The position numbers and the translations under genes are program-made. From Vicugna vicugna (lineage: Eukaryota): DNA of 64,000 nucleotides. The stretch is taken from contig MU057744.1 in assembly GCA_013265495.1 (NCBI GenBank), positions 2,679,370-2,743,369 of the forward strand, in the 5' to 3' direction. Below are positions 26,401 to 40,559 of the stretch, piece by piece (position 1 is the stretch's first letter; each line of letters starts with the position of its first letter). A model generated the notes under the pieces. The model did no database searches and was not told the origin of the DNA. It saw only the letters and a program-made list of their open reading frames with translations.

Positions 26401-27576
26401 GCCTTCTGGACTTCGTATTCCGCTGACTGGCCTTCACCCTTGTTCAGCATTTGGATTTGTAATTTTTGTAAGGATTTCCTTATTTTAAGAACAACCTTAT
26501 TTTTCAAATTAGTTATTTGTACGCCAGTGCACACATGCCTCCTCCTGAATGTGCTGTGCCGTTCGAGGCAGGTTCTGCAGCGCCACGTGTAGCACGTCAG
26601 CCAGGAAGACGCCTGGCTGGTTTCACATTCTTAGAAAAGTGTTTATTTGGTTGGCACACTCCACATATGGACATTTTTACTGAAATAGTCATTTGGGTTC
26701 ACCTGAATCCAGTCTTTTCAATCATGGTCATAAATAATTGTGGTAGATAAAAGACTACTAAATTGAAAACATCTGCATCATGATGCTGGTAGTGGAATGA
26801 GACATCTGAAAGTCCCTTTTATGGCTTAACTAATGATAGAGATAGGCCTATCTTAACATAATGTTTCCCAGTAAGGACTGGCCCACTGTGGCTGAATGGA
26901 TGCTCTGTAGTGTGTTGATTTTACTTTATTTTGACACCTTAGTCCTAGTGGTCCACTCTGGGGTGTCATGTGATGTTCTGTGCCCTCATCAGACTGGCCA
27001 GTGTTGTCTCTTCTTGGTGGAAACAGCTTTGTTACTGGTTGTAGAGACTTCTCACATCTGCACAGGTAGTGACTCAAAGTTAAGATTTTTCTATGTTGCT
27101 TTTTCTTGAATTATGTTATCTCAAAGTTGTGGCATTCACAAAAATCCATGAAGCTATTTTCTCAGTGCCTGGAAGTGTTTCTCTTTGTGGACCCCGCCCT
27201 CTTGCCAGACTTCACCTGTCACTCTTCCTGCTGGTGCCACCAGGTCTTGGCAGGGGGGAGCTTCACACTTGCTCTTCTTGTAGGAGAAGTAAACTCAAGG
27301 CTGCATTAAACATAAAGAATCCCCCACTCTGTGGAGGCGCAGTGTAGATCCGCTCTGGCTGTAGACGTTTGGATTTATTCATGTCTGGAATTACAGGGAA
27401 TTCAGTTACTGTGTTTGAGGTACCTTTAAACATGTCTGTTCATTGATTAATTAATCATTTCACTTAAGATGGCAGATCCTCATTCCATTAGGAGATACTC
27501 CTTTAGTAATCAAATCAAAGCAACCTTATAAGTCAGGCAAGCACATGGTATAGGATAACACATGGTAGGTCTGGAA

Positions 27577-27916
27577 GGGAAGTGTTGCAGATTGGGGTTG
27601 GATCTGGGCATGTCTATATGCAATGCATATAATTAACATTGGTATGGCCGCTGTCTGTACTCTTGCCCTGGTCACTGAGATGTCTGGGCCGGGCCTGGAG
27701 GGAAGGCGGAGCAGGGTGTAAGCCACATTCCTCCTGCAGCTCACAGGGAAGTGTGGCAGATTGAGGTTGGATCTGGGCATGTCTACGTGCACTGCATATA
27801 ATTAACATTGGTACGGCCGCTGTCTGTACTCTTGCCCTGGTCACTGAGATGTCTGGGCTGGGCCTGGAGGGAAGGCGGAGCAGGGTGTAAGCCACGTTCC
27901 TCCTGCGGCTCACAGG
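27577..27916. repeat. Tandem duplication, 2 x 169 bp, about 95% identical
   Basis: Units start GGGAAGTG at 27577 and 27746. I count 9 substitutions, mostly CpG transitions. Confidence 0.95.
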
Positions 27917-30900
27917 CTATCGGCGTCAGACGGGAAACAAACCTGATACCCACACAATACTGACTTGAAAGGTTTGTTAGGAGAGTCGTGATTGCTGTGT
28001 GATGTCCTAACACGGTTCCGGGTTCTCAGAGATGTTTGATACATGCTGACATTTTCCTTTCTCTGAACAAACGGTGCATATAAGAGGAAAACAACTTTTA
28101 CTGTGTTCATAAGGTTTCTTACATGTAGCTGTTTGTCTTATAGAGTGTTTTTGAGATGTGCTTTCTAAAAAGCGATCTAATGAATCCCTGACTCTAACTT
28201 CTGTCTGGCTTTGACAATAACACTGGATGAATTTGATGGCAGATTAATTTTTCCCTACTAATGCTGCATTCACTAAGCTAGTTTAGACATGCGCACTTGG
28301 AAAATTCATGTTCTCTTTGTAAGACTCTGTTATTTATCTCTCAGCGTCTGTCTGCCTGATGTACATTCCTTCTCCCCCAGAGGAGTGCAGTGCGAACACT
28401 GCTCACACACAGTCCAGGCACAGCCTGTGAAAGGACGGACACATGCCTTCCCTCCCCCATTTACACACAGTGCCCAGGGCTTAATCCAGGACGCCGTTTT
28501 TCATTTCAACAGAAAAGCATTAACGTTTTAGAGGAACGGGAGAAACCCACCAAAGGGATGGAACCATAAGCAGTGTTCACCGTGTCAAAGAAATACGCAG
28601 CTGGGGGATTTAGCCTGTGAACTCCCTCTGTCAGTGGCCTTGAACTTCACGCTGTAGGATTACTTGACGTGCTTTGGCACAACCCACACTTGGACCTCTT
28701 CGCCATCCTGCTTTTTTATAAGCTGGGCTTCTGCGTATGTGTTGGGCAGGCTCTTCTATGAACTTTGACGTTGCAGACTTTTTGGTGCCATCTAAGAAGC
28801 TTTTCTCACCTCTTTCAGGAATTGAACTGTAACCATTTTTGTATCTATCAGTGATTTATGCTCTCCTTTAGGCTATTGAATCTATTTTTAGACTCGGTTG
28901 ATGAGGGCCTGTTTCAAGTATTCCAGAATGTCTTGTGCACGTCTGTGTTGACAGTACTCAGATTCCGGGTAGTAACAGTGCTCTGTAAACGTCACGGCTG
29001 TGTCCTTAGAGGCTCCTCTTTGTGGACAGAAGCATTTTTGTTTTCAGTTATTTGTGTTTCAGTGCCGCCAACCCCTGATGCTCGAGGAGTGTAGGCTTCT
29101 TCTCAGCGTGTCTGCTGGCTCCGTTAGAATTTTGGGGTGCCTGGCAACAAGGCTGGCTTCAGGGCTCCGTTTCCAGGGGCAGAGCCGACCAGGAGTGGCC
29201 CTGCTCTCTCTGCGTGTGAGGCACTCTGGGTGCAGGGCCATTCACTCAGGTGGCCGGCTGCTCTCTACTTTCGGAACAAGCTTTTGTGCTGTGATCAGTT
29301 GGTCGCGGCAATTTCTCAGCTGCAGGGTAGGCGCCACAAAGTCCTTTTCAGATGTGTTTGAACTTAAGGTAGTTTCTCTCCTATTCCTTAGTATTTAAGG
29401 CATTTACTGAGAGAGAATGTAGCACTGAATCTGGGTGTCTGAGACCGCTCTGTGTTCTCTGCTCGGCGCCCCAGTCCTTCGCCATTCACTGCTTCAGGCC
29501 CCTGCAGACCGCGTGCCTCTCTGAGGGACAGAGAGATATTCAGGTGGAATGCGAATCTGGTAACTGTCTGAGCTATTTTTCCTTCAGCGAAGACCATTTG
29601 TTTTGTTTGTTTTGTATTTTTCCTTTTTAGAAAGGGTTTCATAACTGTGCTCAAGAAGCATAAAAAACTAAGGTCATTTTATTGATTTTGGTGGAGCCTT
29701 ACTCTGAATTTAAAGAAAAATTAATTGATTAATGCTCAGAAAATATATATACTTAAGTGTGTGTGTGTATATATATATATCCATGGATATATAAAATGAA
29801 CATAATGAGTACATACACATATCTATGAATTTTGCACATGTCTGCTTACACATATGCACCTGAGTTATTGCTAGGTGGCAGATACAACCTCCCTCAATTA
29901 TTATAATGCCAAACAATTTTCTGGCTTTATTCTTAGAAATTTAAATTAATGCTTATGATATATTTAAAATTATATTGAATTAAGAGAAGACATTTTAAGA
30001 ACCATTTATTTTGGGCTAATATTTATTACAGATTTTAAAATATTCTCATTTTATTAATTATTGGTTTTCCTAGACCTTCATGAAAGCTGATTTTTGAGTA
30101 TCATTCAAAGTAATACAGACAAATGATTTGGTCCTTCTATGATTCTTCCTCCAAAAGATATTATAAACCATCTTTTCCCTAATGCATTATTAATTAGAAT
30201 TTGAAGAGACGAGGAAAACCATTTTCTAAATTTTTAAATTCTAGTAATTTTTCTATGGATCTCTTGTGACTAAGTGTCTCTATGATCTGTGTGGTGATTA
30301 AACTTTGATATCATTCATTGCTTTTCCTCTGGGATTGGCAAGGCTCTTCACAAGTACTTAGTAATTAAAGTAAAGCTAAGAAGAACATTTCAATTAAAAA
30401 ACTAACATATTAAAAACACTCTCATAAATTTTATTCAATTTCCTCATGCCCAGTTTTATTAATTTGCATTTTCTCTCCTTTATTTTTGTGAAGCTCTAAC
30501 TTTTCTTTCTGTAGTCCACTTGGGCATCACCTTTCCGCGTGGCGTTCTTTGACCCCCGGACTCCTCTCTCATACGCCCTGAGTAACTGCCACACTTTTCT
30601 GTCCCATTTACCGCAGTTGATTACACACTTACTTCTTCTGTTCGTGTGATAGCCTGTAAGCTCTCTGGAAGGGAGACTCCTGTGTTCTTTTCACGTCTGT
30701 ATACCTCGACTCTAGGATGGTGCCTGGCACAGAGTAGTAAATCACTGTTGGGAGGGAAAAATAGACCAAAAAATAAGCAACTTCACCTCCATGATGCATG
30801 TGGTAGAGCACATGTCTTGGAATTCCAAATCCATGATCTCACCACTGGGAACAGTGCTTCTTTACCAAGAGTCAGAAATCAGCCAGCATACACTGAACAG

Positions 30901-33900
30901 GTAAGAGATCCTGAGAGAGTGGAGCTTCTCCTGATCGTGAGTGGACCACTGCAGAAATCTGAGAGGAACTAACTGGCTTGTATGATCGTGGGAATGTATT
31001 TCTTAAAATGGCATTGATGTTTCCAAAAAGGTAGATGAATGACAGTGGTTTTCTGTCATTCCCAGTGTGTAAGTAAGCAAACCAATGACCAGTCGTTGTC
31101 AAGTTGTCATGAATGCTTTAAAAAAACAATCCTCCTATTCATGAAGAGGCTTCCCTAGAAAAGGTACAATTCTGGTCCAGTGTTTGGGTATGATTTTGAG
31201 TCATCGGGTGATCCAGGTAAACTGTGTGCAGAAGGTCTACAGTGAAAGAAAAACCAGCCAGATGTTTCCAAGGCCACCAGAATTAAGCGGTCAGAGACAC
31301 AGAACGAGAGAGCAGGTGTTTGTTGCTTTCCAATTTAGTAAAGCACAGTGGATTCAGTGTTTCAGCTCAGGTATGTAAAGTGCTAGAAAGAGCACAGCTA
31401 CCCTGCTTATGACAGGGAAAAGCTGGGTCCACTGCACAGGCAGGGGTTGTCTTGAGCCCTTCAGAGAACAGGGATTGCAGAGCAGCGGTCTGGGGGAGAG
31501 GAGCGTCAGGGAGGCAAGAACCCAAGGATCTGTGTGCCTCGAACGAGCAGACATCGCCAAATGCAGTGTAAGCTGCTACGAAGATTCATCTAGAACTGTT
31601 AAACAGAGTGCTCCACGCCAGGTGAGGGCTAGCGCAGGAGGCTCCTTGGGAAGCAGACAGAAGCTCCTTGGGAGCGTGGGCTCCCACGCTCCGCAGACGT
31701 CTCCCCCCGAGGATGGCAGCAGGGGATTCAGGTGAAGCGCCCAGATCCTGGCTGGCCGAGGGAAGGCAAGGAAGCACGAAGACCTGCCCAGACGCCTGTC
31801 CCCCGTCCCCCGCCTGCCTGGTGAAGCCACAGCCTTGATAGACTGCACCCCACATCTTCCCTCTGCAGCAAAAGCCCAGTCCCTGCGCTTTGGCCTGGAA
31901 ACCCTCCCGGCAGTGGCCTGGGGCAGCCAGAGGGCTCCCCTTGACAGTTTCTGGTACCTCAGGGGTCAGCATCCTTCACTGCCGGGTGTTCTTTGTCTTG
32001 AAAACTATGGGCATACACAATTTCTGGTCTGTTTTAGACAGGAGGGTAAATTGCTTTCTGCTATTCCAGCTGGATTGGAGACACAGGCTCGCCAACACAG
32101 ACGTTTTAGCACCTCACTTATAAAGACAGAGCTGTCTGCGTTCTAACTCTTGAATAAAGGATTAGGGGTCCCTCTAGTCTTCACTTCGTCTGAAACGCGG
32201 GCTACAAATCCCTGAGGTGCCCAGTCAGTTCTCGCACCAAGGAACAGACCTGTTCTGGTATTTATTTCTTACAGTCACAGGTTTACATCATGGGAGCGCT
32301 ACAAAGTGCATTTGTTATTATTCCGACTCTGAGAAAATATTCTCTTCATTTCATATAAATTGTACGTATTTTTCCTTGAAAGCATTTATAAAAAATGGAT
32401 GACATTTTCCCAGTTATCTCTCAGTCTTACTTTATAATCTTGTTACACATTTTAGTAAAGGGGGTATCTTGAAGTGTTATTAAATCTTGTTTCTTGAACT
32501 GAACAGGGTTCAAGGTATCTTTAAAAATTCCTTTTAAAAATCTCAGAGTAGGTCATGGAGTTTTCAGAATCACTGCTTGTCAAGGTCTGGTATTGTCTGG
32601 AGAAATCTTAAGTAACATTGTTTCTAAAGCACTTTTTTTTTTTTTTTTTTTACCGTGGCAGCCGTGTTTATGGATTGCTGTTCCTCTAATTGCTCTCCTC
32701 TCATGACAGTCTCGTTAAGACAATTACTAGCTCCATTTCTCCCATCTTCTGTTTTGTATTCCTGATCTGATGCTTTTTCACATCTCACATTTTTTCTCAT
32801 ACTAATTCAATAGCTGTTCCCTTGATTTGTACTTTACAGTCAGTAATTTCTGTTATTTTGCTTTTACTGATACGCATGTCCGCAGACTGTGAGGCAGAGT
32901 GCCCTGGGGCCGCACTGCAGACTTGCAGGGCATTGCGGGATGCTTTCGCATCGTTGAGGGTCACAGCGATGCTAGCCCTGGCGGACACTGCGTGAACTAT
33001 AGCTTAAGGTCTAGACTTCAACACTGAAATGTGCTGTATTCTTTCCATTAGAGCCTATCTTTGCGAAGCTGGCTTTTGGCAGCTCTGTTACAGGAAAGAC
33101 CACACAAACCCGGACGTGGGGGAAGCAGTGAGGGCAGAGCTGTCCAGCCTGACGCAGGGGCTTGAGCAGCGTGAATGCCTGGCGGATGCCCGCATCTCTT
33201 AACACAGTAACTTGGATTTTTTTAAGAGTGAAAATAAAATATTATTTCCTTTTAAGTTATGTGTATAACATTTCAAATAGTTACTAAGTTGTGAAGACGT
33301 ACATATTATTAAGTTGTTTAGGTTTATGTACTTAATAGAAGAAATAGATACTTGTCACAGTGTACAGATTTCATCTAAGAAAATGGACTTTCGTTACCTT
33401 CAGATAATATTCGTCAGCCTGTAGCACACTATTACAGCATTATCAAGTAGAGATTTGATTTGAACTGATAATTTTGTGAAACATATTAAGTATAAACATG
33501 TGTCCAGCTTAGTTTTTACCAAATAAAAAAAGTGGTCCCCTAATAATGAGGTTCTTCAAAACTCCTTTGATTTCCTATGCTGTGTTGCAACCTCAGTGTT
33601 TTAATAATTAAAGAGAATTATAAAACAAAAAATAGTTCACTGAACTTGATTTTGAGAAGAAATGAATAAAATGTTCACTTATTTTTGAATTTAAAAAGTA
33701 ATATATAATTACAAAGAAAAAAACACAGAGATATTAAGTGCGTAATTTGATGAGTTACACAGATAGTTCCACTGGCTTCAGCCAAGTGCCACAAGACACA
33801 GAACACTTCTATCCCCACAGAAACCCTCCGTGCTTTATTCTAAATGGGCTCCTCACCCTGAAAGCCAGCGGTTGTCCTGGTTTCCACCCGTGTGAACTTG

Positions 33901-35519
33901 TTTTGCCACCGAGCGACCTGGCCAGGCTGGAGGAAGCCACGTGCCTTCCTGCCACACTGGAGAAGCCACGCAGCACCATGGCCTCCGCGTTGTTTGAGGT
34001 GCGTCCCCGCTCGCTGAGATTCCGGCGGAGAGCACACAGACCCCGGCTCTGAATGACAGGCGGGTTAAGGCCCTACTGCGGAAAACTGTGATGACAGATA
34101 CGGCTGTGGCTGGATCATTTGCAGCCTGGCTTTGTGGTTTTCTTTGGTGTTCGTTCTTTTCCCAGCGTATCTGTGTTCTTTGCATATTTCATCATATTTG
34201 ATAGTACACAGGACTTTGTGAGTAGAAAAATGGTGGAAATTGAAAACTACTGTTCTGCTTTTATGTTCCACAGAGAATGTGAATTTTATTTTATATCTGG
34301 AAGATAAAGTGAGGTGGTGAGGTTTTAGATGTGACTGAGTTTTAAGTTTTTGGGGGCCTGGGCTGCAAGAACTGAGCTGCGTGTGTTCATTTGCTCTGTG
34401 GCCTCAAGTTACTTGCTTTCTTCCTCAGCAAAGTTCAGAGCTGTGAAGATGGAGAGTAGCAGTCCTGCTGTGCCAGAAGTGCTGCGCTTGGGAGCCTGCA
34501 GACTCTAATCCATGTCTGTCTGACCTTTGCCAGGGGCTCAGCTGGTCTCCTCCTTGTCTTTAGCAAGTCTTCTCTTTTGCTGACTTCATACCTGCTCACC
34601 ATAATAGATAGCAACTTTCCACTAGTCCGTGAAGTTCTCTTCTCTGTGAAACTCTTGTAAGGAGGCTTCTGTGTGTGCCCACTGCTCTTCGATACCACGG
34701 GTAAGGCGCCCTTGGTAAGGGTGCTTTCTATTTTATTGCCGTCTTCTTGGTGTTGCTGTGTGAGTGAAGGTCTTTTATAGCCTCTACATCTTAGTCAGAA
34801 GAATGACTTATTTACTCAATTGTAACATGACAACATTTTAAAGAGATAAATGCAAACCTGCAGAAAAGAAAGTATTTTTTTCATGTCAAACCCACTCCCC
34901 ACTTCTAAATCTCCAGAAAATTTTTCTTACTGTTTTAGGTAGTAAATAATAGTCTCTATTGACTTGCTTTTCCCACAAATAATCAATTAAATGTTTTAAG
35001 TACTTATCATATAATATGCTTACACATACACGCATTATACATTCAAAATAATCTCTACTTGATTATGACATACAAGATTACAGTTAATGTCACAAGATGA
35101 CTTACCGGAAGGAAAACAGAATAATGTGTGAGCAGCTGATTTGGGGTGACGTTATACATAGAGGAGTGCCTGGAAAATACATTTTAAAGATTAAAAAAAG
35201 ATTTTAAAAATACTGAGGAGGTCCCAAAATAGACTCAACATGCAGGATTTCTCATTTGTTTGATTACAGACCCAGTTTTGCAGAGTTTTGGGAAAGCAGT
35301 GTTCTCAGAAAACACTGAAAAATATTCTATATGATTGTGAGCATGGAGAAATGCTTTTGAGCTGGAGTAATCAGCAGAAATTCCTCAAGGAACTAGAGCT
35401 TCAGATAAACTTGAAGAAGGCAGACAGTTTGGAGGAGATGAAACAGAAAGACTGTTAATTCCAGGTAAATTTTTGTGGGAGACGGAGCAGCTTAGTAGAG
35501 GAAGCAAGCTGCAGGGTGA

Positions 35520-35720
35520 GAGTGTGCACTGGAAATGGGTTCCCCTGGACTGGATCCAGTTCTGGCACTTAACTGGTCTGAAGAGATGACGCGATGCAAC
35601 TTAAATTCACCTGAGACTGAGTTCTTGTTCTGTAAAAGTGGGAAGGGCCCCCTCCTCCCAGAAGGCCCTGCGGATGCAATTAGACCCAGATGTAAACCTA
35701 GAGGAAGTATTAGCGCATAG
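35520..35720 (+). mobile_element. MIR relic
   Basis: CTGGATCCAGTTCTGGCACTTAACTGG...CCTGAGACTGAGTTCTTGTTCTGTAAAAGTGGG. Confidence 0.55.
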
Positions 35721-36539
35721 GGACACTCGGAGTGTTAGCTTCGCTCGCTCCCCTGTGAAGCCAAAGAAGCAAAGCATGGGAACGTGGAAGCTGAACAGCG
35801 GGTGGAGTCAGTTTAAGAACTTTGTGGGGTTTTTCCTTAGGAATGCTTTGGTGCTGTTGTCCCATGTCCCAGCCCTTAAGATCACAGACATAGTATAGTA
35901 GGAAAAGCCTGTTCATTCTTTTTCTCAAGTCTACAGCTTTAACCATGCCGCTCTTCTGCCCAGGGTCCCTTCAGAGCAGACGTGGACGATGCGTCCACTC
36001 AGACGTTTGTGCTAAGTGAGCCCCGCCCACTCCACGAGGAGCACGTGCCTCGCAGCTGAAACTTGCGCCGCCGCAGCCTCCCTGTCCCTCCAACGCTGGG
36101 CTCTCCCCGTCCCTCCGCCCGTCGTCCCCGGGTGACTTCACGCGTGCCTTTGGCTTCCGCTGTACGTCCATGTCTCCGAAGTCCATGTTTCAGGTCATCA
36201 GCTTTCCGGGTTCATCGCTATCATGTCTCCAGTTTCTGCCGGAAACCTCCAGCTGCAGACGGAGGGGCACCTCCTCACGTGTCCGTGCTTTGAATGCACG
36301 ACCCACAAGCTTGTTTTCTCTCAGCGTCCCCCCGGACCTGAGCCTTGTCCGGCGCCGTGGGCAGCAGTGCTCCCCACCAGCCGCTGCAGCCTTCCTGCCT
36401 TCTTCCTGCCCTTGTGCTCCACACGTGCCAGTGAAGTACGGGGGCCTCCGGGTTCCGCTGTCTCAGCATTTCTTGAATTTGTTCATTTGAAGAAGAAAGT
36501 AAACGACATGCAGGAAGAGGCGTCCTGGTAGTGTCTCAA

Positions 36540-36740
36540 GTCCTCCGCCGCGTTGAGGGCCCCAGCCCTCCCTTTTGGAGGCTCCGCGACGCCACCTGGC
36601 GGAGTGCAGAGCGAGCAGGCCGGCAGAAGGCGGCTTAGCTAGGCGGGGGCGGCGCTCGCCCCGGGCGGCTGCTCGTGCGGGCCGGTGCGGAAACGCTTCC
36701 TGCCGGAGCCGGCGCGCCCTTGCCCTCTGTGGGCTCCGTG
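36540..36740. promoter_or_regulatory. CpG-rich island core with CTCF motif
   Basis: Dense CpGs. CGCCACCTGGCGG at 36590-36602 (reverse complement CCGCCAGGTGGCG) matches the CTCF core. GC box GGGGGCGG at about 36645. Confidence 0.55.
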
Positions 36741-38357
36741 GAGCTCGTTTTCAGTGTATTTCTTCCCTTTTCGGGTATTCATGGCACCACTTACAATGGT
36801 GTGTCCACATTCGTAGCAAAGCTTAACACGCTGGTACGGGCGGCCTGCCCAGCGCTGCGTCCTCCTGGCAGGCTCAGAAGTGGTTCTTTGTCACCCTCAA
36901 GCTACTGCTGAGCCTAGTGGGTTTAGAGCTGACCAGGTTCTTCCGCTGTGTGCCACTTTCCTAATTTAAACAGCAGAGAGCGGGCTCTTTCCCCGCGGAG
37001 TGGGACCTGTGACGCCGCGCGCCGGGTGTTCACACACGCCGCTGCCGTGGGGTTTCTGCGCCGCCTTCTACCCGGCTTGCCCCCGTGAGACCTGTCGCTC
37101 CCCAGCTGTGCTCCCCTGCTGCACAGTGACCTCCGGAACGCAGGTCTGCCCGCGTGTCTGTCCTGCTGCAGCGTCTGCAGTTGCCTCCGCACCTGCACAG
37201 TGGGGCTGCCCGGCTCGGATGGCGCGGGGGCCCTCCCGGCAGCGCTTCGTTCATCTTTCCATGCACACTCACACGCGTGCTTTTGTCTCATTCACATCTT
37301 CCTTTGCCTCTGGTCCTTTCCGTAATACGGCACTTTCTGGTCTGAGTGTCCTGGTCACTGCGGAGGATAGCCCCGCCAGAGGCTTCTCCGAGAGAGAAGG
37401 CCTCCTGAGCCCGGTGCCCTGACACGCCCGGCCCCCGGCGGGACGGGTCTGCTGGGTCCCCGTGAGGTGCACGTTTCCACTGCTTCGTCTCATGCCGTTC
37501 TCTCCTTGGTGCCTGACGCCCTGACTAGATTCTTGAAAGCACACACCTGGTCTTCATCCCTGTGGTCACCCCTCTGTTCATACAACGCCCAGCACACAAC
37601 AGGCTTATGATAGATGTCTGCTGAAATGTATCCAGTACATAAATAAACGGCTCGTTCCTTTATCATTCTACGTAGGCATTTGTTTGCCCTCTGACTCTGC
37701 CTCTAGAAATGTCTCACATTCGTTTTACACCTTTGACAGCACCTCGCATAGTGTCAAGCAGGTAGTAAATGCTCAGTAAGTCATTTCCAGTGGCCAGATG
37801 AACATGTCTCATTCTGTAGTTTTCTTAGTTAATATTACCTCTGTAGTTGTGTGTATGTTTTTAACCTATATTGTGTTTCTAAGACTAGTAATAGAAACAT
37901 AAGCATACCCCAGATGAGTCCAAGGCTGAAAGACTGTTAATCAGGTAGTGCCTGTTTCCTAATGGAAGCTCCTGAATTGTGCCAGGTGTTCTGCAGCCTT
38001 TTAAAAGTCTCACCTTTTTCATAATACTCTCTTTGTTCAATAGCAAAGAACAGTTACCAAATACATAAGTGATTTTATTGATAATAAAATTCCTTAGGCT
38101 AAATCAAGCTTCAGATTTTGATGAAAGGCAAGAAATTATGCAATGTTTGTGTGAAAAGAACTGAAAACATGCTTGAGAAGCTCAAACCTGCTTTACCACT
38201 AAATTCTAATGGGCTTTTATTAGAGAGAAAACCTTTAGAAAGCAAGACGTAAGATGCAGATAGTTGTTTTTGATACTGTTCTCAAAGCCAAGTGGGACAA
38301 AACAAGCAGCCTTAGACACAAACCTGCTTGCCAGGATGGACTTGCACTCGATCGTTG

Positions 38358-38970
38358 GCACTAGTTTTGTATTCATGCTGAGACAAACGACCACAAATTT
38401 AGCAGCTTCAAACAACACGGATTTATTAAGTCACAGTTTATGTAAGTCAGGAGTCCGGGAGGGTTGGACTGGGTCCTCTGCCTGGGGTCTCTGAAGGCTG
38501 CGGTCTAAGCTGTGTCAGGCTGCGTTCCTTCCTGAGGCTTTGAGAAGTGTTTGCTTCCATGCTTATTAGAGTTGTTGGCTGAGTTCACCTCCGGGGGTTG
38601 TAGGACCAAGGTCCTGGTTCTGTGCTGGCTGCATCCAGCGGGGGGGCTTTGCTCCTGGAGGCCGGCTTTATTCCTTCCCATGCTTCCTGCAGGTCCCAAC
38701 CCCCTCCAGCAACAATGGGTCAGATTCCTCTCATGTTTAGAAGCTCTGACTTCCCATCTGTCAAATTTCTCTTGTCTCCAGCTGGAGAAGGTTCTCTGCT
38801 TTTAAGTGGTCATGTGATTAGTTTGGGTCCACCTGGATAATCCAGCATCATCGCCCCACTTTAAGGTCTAAATTGCATCTGCAAATCAGCGTTTTCATTG
38901 TAATTAAACAACCTACAGATTCCAGACATTAAGGCATGGACATCAGCTGGGGGCTGTTTTTCTTACTGAA
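38358..38970 (-). mobile_element. MLT1 (MaLR) LTR
   Basis: ACCACAAATTTAGCAGCTTCAAACAACACGGATTTATT...GGGTCCACCTGGATAATCCAGCATCATC...CATCTGCAAA. Confidence 0.85.
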
Positions 38971-40559
38971 TAATCTGTGATACTAGCATGTCGAATAGAA
39001 ATCCTCACCACCCCTCTTAGGGTTTGGGAGATTTGATGACAGAGCCACTGGCTTATCCCAATTGTTGTGGGCTTTTTTTTTTTTTTGAGAAATATACATT
39101 TAATGCATTATTTTTATTAACATCTTCATTTAAGTTCTTGGGCTTGTAGATTTTTAATGTTGAAAGCAAAAATTATAATGTTATATCCGAATATAATCAA
39201 TTTTAATAACAAAATTTAAATTTTAATATTATAAACATAAGTCTACCAAGATAAATTGAAACACACTGAAATATTTTTCACTGAAATTCACTTTGTGTTG
39301 ACTGGCTCCGATTTTGAGAAATGCAAGTTAATACAAAAATTACAACAACAACAGCAAAGAAAACCCAGAAACAACAAAAACAAAACACCCGAGCATGGAA
39401 ACATGTGGCGAGATGGGGATCTGAGTGCCATACGTTCAATAGATGGCGTCCAGGTCGCTGAGAGTGATTCAGTTTCCTCTTCGTGGAGTTTGGGAGAAGC
39501 AGTGGTGTTACATAGGCAAATCTCTTTGAGAGACAAATTTTACTAAGGAAATAAAACCTTAAAGAATACCTCCGAAGGAAGCAATTAGCCTAACTTTTTC
39601 TCGATTCATGTTTTCTATAAGTTATAACTTGAACAATACTTGACAGTATTTGAATATAGGAAACTGACTTAAAAATCTGTGGATTTTTGCAGTGTTCAGC
39701 CTCAAGGAAATTGAAGACATAAATGTAGTAAAGTTATGTCTGAGTCTGATGAGAATAGTATAATATGTGAAAATATCCCAGCAGGAACTGCTAAAATCTT
39801 CTTCTTACCTTTCGTCCGTCCTTGTGAATAAAGCTTTGCCGCGACACAGCAGGTGGAGTGAGCGTGACCTTGGTGTGCTGCACTTGGTCATCCCACGTTC
39901 CCGTCTTACCCTGCGAGCGCAGCTCTGCCACTTAACACATCATTGTGAGCCTTTCAGAGTCATCCCAGGTATAAATCACTGGAAGCAGCATGATGGGGGT
40001 GATTCTGGTTATTAAAATTTAGTTTGAGGTTTTTAATTGAAATGTGTATCAGACATTTCACACCAACCTACCACCGACCTGTGATTAAGTGGTACAGTAT
40101 CCACTGTTAACTGCGTTATTTCCAGAGATTTCAAAGAGTTGCTAAGGTGTGAATGTAACAGTTTTGGTAAAGAGAGGCTAGACTGAAATTAGGTAAATTG
40201 TCATTAAAGGCGCTGAAGACTGTAATCAAGAAACTCACTGTCAGTAGTAGGAAAGGGGAGGAAGTGCCCTCGTAAAGATCAGATGCTCTGCTGAGGTCTT
40301 CTTGGAAGCTCGCTGGTTAGTATTCAGCATTTTACAGCTCCTCTCACACAGCAGATCTGAAGTGAGGCCTTTGGTTTTTGTCAAATGACCCAAAACCCGA
40401 GGAACAAAGAAAAATGAAGTAAGCAAAAAGAGAAGAAGAAATATGAAATGTCAACCCCCAAGACAACTTTATTAATAAACCGGACCCTGCTTATGTATGT
40501 ATATACCTGTCCCAATTTTAGGCATCAAGATTATTTTCAATTTATACTGTGATGAAAGC

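Noticed and set aside
27577..27916. CRISPR-like or other array
   Set aside because: Only two adjacent long units with no spacers, in eukaryotic DNA.
36000..37544. Many overlapping ORFs in GC-rich sequence
   Set aside because: Expected from stop-codon depletion at high GC. The Arg/Pro/Ala-rich translations resemble no protein I know.
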